A stretch of 59,805 nt of DNA, counting the filler. It is 4 parts of 4 records of this genome, joined end to end, with 100 filler letters (N's around TTAATTAATTAA, not from the genome) between each part and the next. Parts side by side here need not be neighbours in the genome. Positions count along the whole stretch, not along the records: positions 1 to 15,160 come from SRR31156797_5197; positions 15,261 to 45,817 come from SRR31156797_5200; 2 more parts are not named here. One strand, written 5' to 3'. The translations under genes were made by a program, and so were the position numbers. Shown here piece after piece: positions 11,030 through 19,638 of the stretch; within the stretch, counting starts at the first letter, position 1, and each line of letters begins with the position of its first letter. A model generated the notes under the pieces. The model was not told the origin of the DNA, did no database searches, and saw only the letters and a program-made list of their open reading frames with translations.

Positions 11030-12268
11030 ATGACTAAATGCCAGTCGCCGTCTTCCGTTATCAGAATCCTTGTGGTTGCGATTATTATCGACACCTTGGG
11101 ATTCGGCCTGATTTTTCCGATATTGCCGTCCTTGTTCATATCGCGTAACGCCGATTTGGTGAACATCCATACGAGCATCCAGTTGCGGCATTTTTACTAT
11201 GCCGTTTCATTAGCCTTGTGGCCGGTCGGCAATTTCTTCGGCACCCCATTCTTCGGCCGGCTTTCGGATAAATACGGCCGCAAGCCGATTCTCCTGGTTT
11301 GCCTTTCGTGCCTTTGCATCTGCTATTGTTTTTACGCCTTGGCGGTATATCTTCATTCGGCGGCGTTGTTTTTTATTATAAACCTGGTCGCCGGATTTTT
11401 CGGCGGCAACTATGATGTGGTGCAAGCGGCAGTAGTTGATATAAGTCCCCCCCAACAAAAAGCCCGCAATATCGGCTGGATCGCGAATGCCGCGGCAATT
11501 GGGATGATTGTCGGTCCGGTAGTTGCCAGTTTTACGACGGAGACTTCTATTCGCTCCTGGCTGACTCTGGAGACGCCGTTTATAATCGCGGCAATCCTTA
11601 CCGCTGCCAATGTGCTGATGATCCTCGCGCTGTTTAAGGAATCTTACGCCGGCAACCGGCTGTTGGACATTGGGATAACAAAAGCTCTGTCGGCATGCTC
11701 ATTCATCTTTACCGATGCCAGATTCAGCTTGACCGGACTGGCCTATTTCGGGCTGACTTTTGGCTGGGGGCTTTATTTCGTGGCAATGCCGTTAATCCTG
11801 GCGCAAGTCTTTAACCTGCATACCCATTATATCGGCTTGTTCTTTGGCGTCTTGGGATTGGGTAACGTGTTTGCCGTCGTTTTTGTGCAGCCGCTCTTAA
11901 CCAGGCGATATGACGCCCGGAAAATCTATGTTGCGGCGATCATTATCATGGCTGTTGGCATGATGATATGTTTGGCCGTGAAGCAATGGATCATGCTGGG
12001 CGTGCTGGCGTTTTTCATGGCCATGCTGCAGGTGCTCTGTATCAGTAATTTGCTCTCGATGTCCTCCGACCAGGGCGGCCGCGATGAATACGGCAAGATC
12101 ATGGGAGGGCTGGGGGCGCTGGCCAGCGTTGCCATGTTTACCTCCAGCATTATGCTGACCTGGATCATCAGCAAGCACATCTTTTTACCTTTTATCGTAT
12201 CCGGCATCTCGTTTATTATCAGCGGCGGTTTGTTTATGTATAAAAGCCGAAAGATAACCGACTCCTGA
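11030..12268 (+). CDS. MFS transporter, DHA1/TetA-like exporter
   Basis: DTLGFGLIFPILP, GRLSDKYGRKPILL, antiporter motif C-like GMIVGPVV. Confidence 0.88.
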   Translation: MTKCQSPSSVIRILVVAIIIDTLGFGLIFPILPSLFISRNADLVNIHTSIQLRHFYYAVSLALWPVGNFFGTPFFGRLSDKYGRKPILLVCLSCLCICYCFYALAVYLHSAALFFIINLVAGFFGGNYDVVQAAVVDISPPQQKARNIGWIANAAAIGMIVGPVVASFTTETSIRSWLTLETPFIIAAILTAANVLMILALFKESYAGNRLLDIGITKALSACSFIFTDARFSLTGLAYFGLTFGWGLYFVAMPLILAQVFNLHTHYIGLFFGVLGLGNVFAVVFVQPLLTRRYDARKIYVAAIIIMAVGMMICLAVKQWIMLGVLAFFMAMLQVLCISNLLSMSSDQGGRDEYGKIMGGLGALASVAMFTSSIMLTWIISKHIFLPFIVSGISFIISGGLFMYKSRKITDS

Positions 12269-12446
12269 CTTGGCCCTTACCTCAATTAAAAAATATCTAC
12301 ACCAAATGCCGGCCGAAATGAGATCTGAAAATTATCAGTAAAAAGTCGACCAGAAGGAACAATCAAAACTTCATTTCCGGAAAATAGCGATTAAAATCCA
12401 AGTCTATTATCTCTATTAAAGATCACTTTACCTCAACTTACAGATG

Positions 12447-12477
12447 AAGCACTTACGTCAATTGACATGAGTGCTTT
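12447..12477 (+). repeat. 31-bp direct repeat, copy 2 of the post-tRNA hairpin; putative right end of the islet
   Basis: AAGCACTTACGTCAATtGACaTgAGTGCTTT versus 7016-7046: 28/31 identical. Confidence 0.8.
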
Positions 12478-13117
12478 GTTAATGGCAAGTACGCATGGGC
12501 ATTAGTTTTGCCTGCTATGTTGTTAATGCACATTTCAGTATAGACAAAATATTGTGCAAGGCGAAATGTTGTGCGGTACATTGACAATTCATGCAATCGA
12601 CCATAAGCTCGAATATTGATTAATTTGATTAATCCAAGAGTTAAATATAATACATTCGTCGTATTGATTATTGCCTGTTGATGTAATACTATTTAAACTG
12701 TAAAAAAACCATTTCAGATAATTACAATTTTAAATATATACGAATTAACAGCCGAAAAACTCCTTGATTAGGGCGTTTGCGGTTTAGTACACGTGTTGCG
12801 GCTTCTGACAGGATGAAGAATATACAAAAAGCTTAAGGTGGAGCCAATTGGTATGTTGAATATCATAAAACTGCAACAAAGTCAGATGTTTAAGGATTTT
12901 GTAGGAGGGTATTAGAAAACTCACTTAAAATAAATAATAATTTCTATCAACTCCCCTTGCGTGCTTATATTTCTTGATAGGGCGGTGTTAACGGGCTAAA
13001 AAATCCAGGCTTTCTGTTAATGGTAACACCTTCTGATTATTATAGTTAAATTGAAAGGGATTGATAGAAAATTCGGCAAACATAATTACATAACCAGAAT
13101 CAGAAGGGAGTGAGAAA

Positions 13118-13816
13118 ATGAAGCTCACTATAAAAAAAATTATTATGTTAAGTTTGACTGTTTGTATTATTTTGGGTGTGGGCAAGCCTGCCCTGGCATT
13201 TCAACTTTTTTACGGTCTAACTCATAGCTTAGGGCATCCATTAGGCGGGACAGCCGGCGCCCAGGCGGCGTACAATGATTTCCTTTCATTACTTTGTAAT
13301 CATGATTCCCAAAACCTGACCTTTGAAATAATATATGACGAATGGGGAACCGAAGTTAATGAAGAAGGAGACATGGTTTTCAATGTTGGGGGGCAGATAA
13401 TCAATGGCCACGTTGCTTCACAGGCCTATGTAAATGGAATTCCTCGGGATTCTTTTTCCATCACTTTTGATGAGTCTATTGCCGCTTTCGGCGTGTTCGC
13501 GGAATTGTGGTATCCGTCCGACCAGATTGACGAAATTTTTCTTCAAATGGAAGGCGGCGGAAGTCAGGCCTTGCCTATACCGACCGGCGGCGGATCGGAA
13601 TACTGGGGATCGACTTTTTTCAGCGGAGCTATAGTTGAATCTCCCGGCGAGCTTTTTCGAGAAGTTAATTTCGGTTGGACTGAAGCCGACATAGGGCCTA
13701 TTATAATTGCAAGATATCAAGATTTGTGCACGCCTATCCCCATCCCGGGAGCAGTCTGGCTGCTCGGTTCAGGCTTGGTCGGTTTATTGGGGCTGCGTCG
13801 GAAACTTATAGCCTGA
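13118..13816 (+). CDS. Exported protein with VPLPA/PEP-CTERM-type exosortase sorting signal
   Basis: N-terminal signal peptide; C-terminus PIPIPGAVWLLGSGLVGLLGLRRK. Confidence 0.85.
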   Translation: MKLTIKKIIMLSLTVCIILGVGKPALAFQLFYGLTHSLGHPLGGTAGAQAAYNDFLSLLCNHDSQNLTFEIIYDEWGTEVNEEGDMVFNVGGQIINGHVASQAYVNGIPRDSFSITFDESIAAFGVFAELWYPSDQIDEIFLQMEGGGSQALPIPTGGGSEYWGSTFFSGAIVESPGELFREVNFGWTEADIGPIIIARYQDLCTPIPIPGAVWLLGSGLVGLLGLRRKLIA

Positions 13817-13837
13817 ATACTTAACGAAATTTTAATT

Positions 13838-13875
13838 AAAAAAGGGCAGGGCGCACATCGTCCCGCCCTTTTTTT
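13838..13875. terminator. Bidirectional intrinsic terminator
   Basis: AAAAAAGGGC...GCCCTTTTTTT between convergent genes. Confidence 0.75.
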
Positions 13876-13923
13876 CGATTGCATCTCTTTATGATAACGT
13901 AGCTGAAATATAATAAAAAACGA

Positions 13924-14832
13924 TTATTGACTGCGCTCGAAATAGATTTTGTATCCCAGAACCAGTGAAAGCAGCATTTCTTCTGCGCCTTCCAGATTTA
14001 TCATGCCCTGGCTTTTTAAATTGTCTTTCAGGCGATCCAGAATTCCTCCAACATCAAGGCCCTGGTCCAGTCCGGTTTTGACCAGATGGGCGTAAAAGTC
14101 CAGTTGCCTGGATATTTCGGTAAAGACCCATTCAGGATCTTCCCGCCAGCCGTATTGAGAAAAACATATCCGGGCCGGGTTAAAATCCATTGATTTTTTA
14201 ATGGAATTCCGGCTGGCTTCCAGGTCGAAACTAGGCGGGGCCACTGCCGGATAAAGCAAGCCGTATTCCGGCAGATAATGCCCCAGGGATTCCCCGCAGA
14301 AAAGGCTTTGGGAAACCGGGTCAAAAGTAGTCAGGTGATGGGGAGCATGTCCGGGTGTGGCCAGAGTCTGGAGGTCCGGACCGCCGGCCAGGGGTATAAA
14401 TCCGTCTTCGATCCCGATTAGGTTGTCCATGGGGACGGGCAGGATATCGCCGTGGAGGTTGGTTATATGCTCCATGGTCCCGTAAAGTACTTTTGCGCTT
14501 TCGATAAGCCGTGACGGATCGGCCAGATGTTTCAGGCCTCGATTGTGAACCCAGACCTTCATATGAGGTATTTTTTCAACCAGCAGACCGGCGCCGCCGG
14601 CGTGGTCCAGATGAATGTGGGTGGGGACCAGGGTGGTCACTCGCTCTAAATCGATACCCAGGCTTTTTATGGCTTCGATTAAATAAGGAACGGTAATGGA
14701 CGTTCCCGCCTCAATCAGGGCGACTTCGTCCCTGATGATCAAATATACTCCGCTGACGGCAAAATCGGAAACATTTCTGGATTCGAAATAATACAGGTTG
14801 TCGGAAACTTTCAACGGTTTGGGAGCGTTCAT
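13924..14832 (-). CDS. MBL-fold metallo-hydrolase
   Basis: THIHLDHAGG (HxHxDH) and TPGHAPHH; later ligand positions diverge (CGES, FSQYG). Confidence 0.88.
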   Translation of the reverse strand: MNAPKPLKVSDNLYYFESRNVSDFAVSGVYLIIRDEVALIEAGTSITVPYLIEAIKSLGIDLERVTTLVPTHIHLDHAGGAGLLVEKIPHMKVWVHNRGLKHLADPSRLIESAKVLYGTMEHITNLHGDILPVPMDNLIGIEDGFIPLAGGPDLQTLATPGHAPHHLTTFDPVSQSLFCGESLGHYLPEYGLLYPAVAPPSFDLEASRNSIKKSMDFNPARICFSQYGWREDPEWVFTEISRQLDFYAHLVKTGLDQGLDVGGILDRLKDNLKSQGMINLEGAEEMLLSLVLGYKIYFERSQ

Positions 14833-14922
14833 GTTTATTATTCCTATGGCCGGTTTGATTCAGCAACCACAGCTATTTTTTGTTTCAAGCGGCAAATCCG
14901 TCATGCGCCTTATTTAAAGATA

Positions 14923-15159
14923 TCAAGCCTGGTCTTGTTTTGATGACTCATTGTCAGATATCGGCTTCTCGACTTGCATCATCTTGATTTTTTCCAGGTC
15001 AACCGGCTCGCCAATATAATGGATGCAATCTGTCGGACATTTTTCAATTGCGTTTAACACCTGCTCGAGATCTGTTTCCGTGTATGCGTCATAATCGTAT
15101 TTTGCCAGATTGTCATTTATGGTGAATACATCCGACTGCTTGGAGCACGCTTTACACGC
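14923..15159 (-). CDS. 3' end of a 4Fe-4S protein, RnfB-like (truncated by the contig edge; absent from the ORF track)
   Basis: Manual translation ACKACSKQSDVFTINDNLAKYDY...IEKCPTDCIHYIG...DQA*. Confidence 0.65.
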   Translation of the reverse strand, partial: ACKACSKQSDVFTINDNLAKYDYDAYTETDLEQVLNAIEKCPTDCIHYIGEPVDLEKIKMMQVEKPISDNESSKQDQA

Positions 15160-15160
15160 T

Positions 15161-15260
15161 NNNNNNNNNNNNNNNNNNNNNNNNNNNNNNNNNNNNNNNN
15201 NNNNTTAATTAATTAANNNNNNNNNNNNNNNNNNNNNNNNNNNNNNNNNNNNNNNNNNNN
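15161..15260. other. Artificial contig spacer
   Basis: 44 N + TTAATTAATTAA (stops in all six frames) + 44 N; composition changes abruptly across it. Confidence 0.98.
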
Positions 15261-15362
15261 TTTCCTACGCCGGCATTACCCGGATCAGGTTAAATATCAA
15301 TAAAACTTAGCTTAGTATATTGATATAAGGGTATGATCTCAGCCTATATTCTGGCACCCCAC
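15261..15362 (-). ncRNA. TPP riboswitch aptamer (regulated gene lies beyond the contig edge)
   Basis: Minus strand GGGGTGCC...GGCTGAGATCATACCC...AACCTGATCCGGGTAATGCCGGCGTAGGAAA. Confidence 0.92.
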
Positions 15363-15375
15363 TGTGATTTCGCGT

Positions 15376-15406
15376 CAAAGGTAATTGGATTTTTAGCAAA
15401 AACAAA
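15376..15406 (-). promoter_or_regulatory. Bacteroidota housekeeping promoter upstream of the riboswitch
   Basis: Minus strand TTTG-N19-TACCTTTG matches the -33/-7 consensus TTTG / TAnnTTTG. Confidence 0.7.
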
Positions 15407-15456
15407 AAAGCCGGCAAACTGCCGACTTTCTCTAAAACCCAAACTATTACTATTAT

Positions 15457-15906
15457 CTATTTTAAAGATTCAGGTGGGTTAACACCTAAAACATCTTTTA
15501 TAGCTTTTACAAGTGTTTCTTTTGGCAATGCACCCTGCGCCATTGTTGGCTTACCCGATTTAGGAATAAACAACAAACTAGGAATACTTTTAATTCCAAA
15601 AGCTGCTGACACCTTAGGTGATTTATCGGTATCTACCTTGTAAATCTGAATGTCATTACCATATTCCTTCTGTAGTTGCTTTAATACCGGAGCAATTCTT
15701 TTACATGGTCCGCACCATGTTGCGTAAAAATCAACGATTACAGGTTTATCTCCTTTAAAAGCCCATTCCTTACCATTCTCATAATCAAACACAAATTCTT
15801 TAAAACTAGCATCATTCAATTGTATTACATCATGATCTGAACTTACCTGAGCAAACACATTTCCTGTAATCAATGCTACCAAAGCAACCAAAATCAACTT
15901 CTTCAT
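15457..15906 (-). CDS. Thioredoxin with signal peptide (exported)
   Basis: MKKLILVALVALITGNVFA signal; VDFYATWCGPCK; SIP cis-Pro loop. Confidence 0.92.
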   Translation of the reverse strand: MKKLILVALVALITGNVFAQVSSDHDVIQLNDASFKEFVFDYENGKEWAFKGDKPVIVDFYATWCGPCKRIAPVLKQLQKEYGNDIQIYKVDTDKSPKVSAAFGIKSIPSLLFIPKSGKPTMAQGALPKETLVKAIKDVLGVNPPESLK

Positions 15907-16013
15907 AATCTCAAAAATTACGGTAGGAATAAAATCTACCTTTTCATACTTCTCGTTATCGCCTTAAAGCTACAAATGATTTAACAATTCATTTGTTAAT
16001 AAAATCACAATTC

Positions 16014-16376
16014 TTATTTTTCCTTCACGCCTAAAACTTCGGAAAATGCCTGCTTAAAAGAATCTTTTGACAAGGCTCCTTGCGCCATTTGTGGCTGTCC
16101 ATCCTGAGGGATAAACAATAAAGATGGAATACTCTGGATACCAAACATTGCAGATAATTCCTGCTCTTTTTCTGTATCTATTTTATAAATATTCAAAGAA
16201 TCACCATATTCTGCTTTCAACTCTTCCAAAATGGGAGCAATAGTTTTACATGGTCCACACCAATCAGCGTAAAAATCAACTAAACAGGGCTTGCTTCCTT
16301 CAAATTTCCAATCTTTATTCTGTTCAAAATCGAATACCTTTGCTTTAAAACTCTCTTTTGTTAAATGTTCTACCAT
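16014..16376 (-). CDS. trxA: Thioredoxin (cytoplasmic)
   Basis: VDFYADWCGPCK, GIQSIPSLLF; TAGATTTG -7 promoter element on the minus strand at 16414-16421. Confidence 0.93.
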   Translation of the reverse strand: MVEHLTKESFKAKVFDFEQNKDWKFEGSKPCLVDFYADWCGPCKTIAPILEELKAEYGDSLNIYKIDTEKEQELSAMFGIQSIPSLLFIPQDGQPQMAQGALSKDSFKQAFSEVLGVKEK

Positions 16377-16585
16377 AACGAATCACCAATTAATTTACAT
16401 TTCTATGTATATACAAATCTATACATTTTTATTTGACAATTTATATGCCAAAAGCAAATATTCTTAGTTTTTTCAATATCAACTCAAATAATTGTAATTT
16501 TGTCAGCGAAAATACCCGTCGGTTTGTCATAAAAACCACTTAAGGGAATAATAACGCTCTGTTACGAGCAATTGACAATTAAGAA

Positions 16586-17998
16586 GTGAAAGAACATTTA
16601 AAGCATCCTATATTCTCCATTATATCAGAAATAGTAAGTCAGGAAAACCTGGAAAGCTATGTGATTGGTGGATTCGTGAGAGATATTTTTTTACAACGTG
16701 GATCGAAAGATATTGATGTAGTTGTAATTGGAAGTGGAATTGAATTGGCACAGAAAGTCGCCGCAAAAGCCGGAAAACCAAAAGTTTCTATTTTTAAAAA
16801 TTTTGGTACCGCAATGCTCAAATTTAAAGATATTGAAGTTGAATTTGTGGGCGCAAGACGAGAATCATATAATCGCGATTCCAGAAATCCGATTGTTGAA
16901 GATGGTAGTTTGGAGGATGATCAAAAACGAAGAGATTTTACTATTAATGCTTTAGCTTTAAGCTTGCATAAAGATAATTTTGGTGAACTTCTTGATCCAT
17001 TTGGAGGAATTGATGATCTGAATAATAAGATTATTAAAACACCAATGGATCCTATGATTACCTTTTCGGATGATCCTTTGAGAATGATGCGTGCCATTCG
17101 TTTTGCAACTCAATTGAACTTCAAAATTTCTGATGAAACTTTTGAGGCAATCAAGAAAAACAAAGATCGAATTCATATCATATCAAAGGAAAGAATTATT
17201 GAAGAGCTCAATAAAATTGTTCTTTCGGATAAACCTTCGATTGGATTTAAGTTACTTGAAGAGTGTGGCTTGTTAAAACTCATTTTTCCAGAGTTCCAGA
17301 AATTGAAAGGAAGAGAGACCAGAAATGGTATTAGCCATAAAGATAATTTTTATCACACATTGGAAGTATTGGATCAGTTGGTTCCCTTTTCAGACAATTT
17401 ATGGTTGAGATGGTCGGCATTACTGCATGATATTGCCAAGCCTAATACCAAAAAATTTGTAAAAGGAGTAGGTTGGACTTTTCATGCACACAATTTTGTA
17501 GGGGAAAAAATGATCCCTAGAATATTTAAAAACATGAAGTTGCCATTGAATGAAAAAATGAAATACGTTCAAAAAATGGTTTTGCTTCACATGCGACCAA
17601 TTGTTTTGGCTCAAGAAGTTGTAACGGATTCTGCCATTCGTCGACTGCTTTTCGATGCCGGAGATGATATCGATGATTTAATGAAACTTTGCGAAGCCGA
17701 TATCACTTCAAAAAATGAAGAAAAAGTAAAACGATTCCTTGAAAATTTCCAGTTGGTACGCCGAAAATTAAAAGAGGTAGAAGAGAAAGATGCTGTTCGT
17801 AATTTTCAACCTCCTATCGATGGGCAGGAAATTATCGACACTTTTAACTTATCCCCCTGCAAAATGATTGGAGATATTAAAGTAGCAATTAAAGATGCTA
17901 TTTTAGATGGAATTATACCAAATGAGCGGGACGCAGCTTATCAATTCATGCTCGAAAAAGGAAAAGAGATGGGACTTGAACCTGTCAATAAAAAATAA
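16586..17998 (+). CDS. tRNA nucleotidyltransferase (CCA-adding)/poly(A) polymerase family with HD domain
   Basis: GGFVRD, KDIDVV, RRDFTINAL, DDPLRMMRAIRF, LLHDIAKP; TAATTTTG promoter element at 16495-16502. Confidence 0.93.
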   Translation: MKEHLKHPIFSIISEIVSQENLESYVIGGFVRDIFLQRGSKDIDVVVIGSGIELAQKVAAKAGKPKVSIFKNFGTAMLKFKDIEVEFVGARRESYNRDSRNPIVEDGSLEDDQKRRDFTINALALSLHKDNFGELLDPFGGIDDLNNKIIKTPMDPMITFSDDPLRMMRAIRFATQLNFKISDETFEAIKKNKDRIHIISKERIIEELNKIVLSDKPSIGFKLLEECGLLKLIFPEFQKLKGRETRNGISHKDNFYHTLEVLDQLVPFSDNLWLRWSALLHDIAKPNTKKFVKGVGWTFHAHNFVGEKMIPRIFKNMKLPLNEKMKYVQKMVLLHMRPIVLAQEVVTDSAIRRLLFDAGDDIDDLMKLCEADITSKNEEKVKRFLENFQLVRRKLKEVEEKDAVRNFQPPIDGQEIIDTFNLSPCKMIGDIKVAIKDAILDGIIPNERDAAYQFMLEKGKEMGLEPVNKK

Positions 17999-18007
17999 AA
18001 AAATCAG

Positions 18008-18033
18008 CTCGGGAATCATCCCGAGTTTTTTTT
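18008..18033 (+). terminator. Intrinsic terminator
   Basis: CTCGGGA-atca-TCCCGAG followed by T8. Confidence 0.85.
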
Positions 18034-18136
18034 GCTGTTATACAACCTTTGCATGCTAAACAGCAGATATCGTGTTCTGCATAATATTTACTTTTGCCGC
18101 CTGAAACAGCAAGCTAACTATTTAAAATAATACTAA

Positions 18137-19591
18137 ATGGCCTACGTAGACAATACGATGATTATCAGAAGAGATTTGCTATCAAAAATGGCAGAGCTTT
18201 TTAACGAAGGAAATTTTACTGAGGGACTTGATCGCATTCCGTTGGAAATGGCTCCAAGAAGAAAACCTGATTCTGATCGTTGTTGTATTTTTAAAGAAAG
18301 AGTTATTATCAAAGAAAAATTAATCCCTCTTTTAGGATTTGAATTAGAAGATGACCGAGATGAATTAAAAACACTTGCATCATACGCTGAAGAAGCACTT
18401 GAAAGAAAAAATCCTATCGACAAAATACTAACCGTTGTTGATGAAGCTTGTACTTCCTGTGTAAAAAATTCCTACATCGTAACCAACCTGTGTAAAGGTT
18501 GTGTTGCTCATCCGTGTATGATGAACTGTCCTAAGCAATCCATAAGCTGGAATGCAAATGGGCAAGCTCAAATTGATCCAAAAACTTGTATCAATTGCGG
18601 TATTTGTATGAATGTTTGTCCTTATCACTCTATTATATTCATGCCAGTTCCTTGCGAAAACGCATGCCCTGTCGGTGCAATTTCAAAAGATGAATATGGT
18701 ATTGAACAAATTAATGAAGACAAATGCATCGACTGTGGTAAATGTATCACAGCCTGTCCTTTTGGATCCATCATGGAGAATTCTCAGATTGTTGATGTAA
18801 TGAAATCCATTAAAGATGAAAATACTGAAGCTATAGCAATTGTTGCTCCTGCTGTAATTGGTCAATTTAAATCAACAACCGACACCGTTTTAGGAGCTAT
18901 AAAACAACTTGGATTCAATGATGTTCTAGAAGTAGCTAAAGGTGCAAATGTAACCACCGTAAACGAAGCTGATGAATTGCTGGAGCGATTGGAAGATAAA
19001 GCTCCATTCATGACCACATCATGCTGTCCTGCATACGTTTCGGCTGTAGAAAAACACGTTCCTGAAATCCAGAAGTATGTTTCGGAAACAAAAAGTCCGA
19101 TGTACTATGCTGCCGAAATTGCAAAGAAACAATATCCAAATGCCAAGATTATATTTATCGGACCTTGCATAGCCAAACGTCGTGAAGGAATGAAAGATCC
19201 AAACGTAGACTACGTAATGACTTTTGAAGAGCTTTCAGCGCTGTTTAATGGATGGAATATCGAAATCAGTAAAGAAATCCCTCTAACCTTAGATAAAAGC
19301 ATTTTAAACCATGGTAGAGCTTATGCAGCCAGTGGTGGTGTTGCCCAATCGGTACTTGAGGTTAAACCCTATGTCAATATCAAACCTGTTATTGTAAATG
19401 GTTTGGATAAAAAGAAAATTAAAATGCTAAAAGCATTTGGAAAAACGGGAAAAACCAGCGGTAATTTTGTTGAAGTAATGGCTTGCGAAGGTGGTTGTAT
19501 TGCCGGACCAAGTTCTAACTTCGATCCTAAAACAGGTAGTAAACTTTACGAAAAAAATCTGGCAGCTTTAATTGAAAGCCTGGAAGATTAA
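18137..19591 (+). CDS. Monomeric [FeFe]-hydrogenase (Bacteroidota group B type) with ferredoxin domains
   Basis: H-cluster motifs TSCCP, GPCIAKRRE, EVMACEGGCIAGP; CxxCxxCxxxCP clusters; TACTTTTG promoter element at 18089-18096. Confidence 0.92.
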   Translation: MAYVDNTMIIRRDLLSKMAELFNEGNFTEGLDRIPLEMAPRRKPDSDRCCIFKERVIIKEKLIPLLGFELEDDRDELKTLASYAEEALERKNPIDKILTVVDEACTSCVKNSYIVTNLCKGCVAHPCMMNCPKQSISWNANGQAQIDPKTCINCGICMNVCPYHSIIFMPVPCENACPVGAISKDEYGIEQINEDKCIDCGKCITACPFGSIMENSQIVDVMKSIKDENTEAIAIVAPAVIGQFKSTTDTVLGAIKQLGFNDVLEVAKGANVTTVNEADELLERLEDKAPFMTTSCCPAYVSAVEKHVPEIQKYVSETKSPMYYAAEIAKKQYPNAKIIFIGPCIAKRREGMKDPNVDYVMTFEELSALFNGWNIEISKEIPLTLDKSILNHGRAYAASGGVAQSVLEVKPYVNIKPVIVNGLDKKKIKMLKAFGKTGKTSGNFVEVMACEGGCIAGPSSNFDPKTGSKLYEKNLAALIESLED

Positions 19592-19603
19592 ATAACCTTA
19601 AGG

Positions 19604-19635
19604 AATAGCGGTAATATAACATTACCGCTATTTTT
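19604..19635. terminator. Intrinsic terminator between convergent genes
   Basis: AATAGCGGTAAT-ataac-ATTACCGCTATT followed by TTT. Confidence 0.8.
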
Positions 19636-19638
19636 CTA

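Noticed and set aside
15205-15216. TTAATTAATTAA repeated three times within N runs
   Set aside because: Artificial six-frame-stop linker, not a biological repeat.
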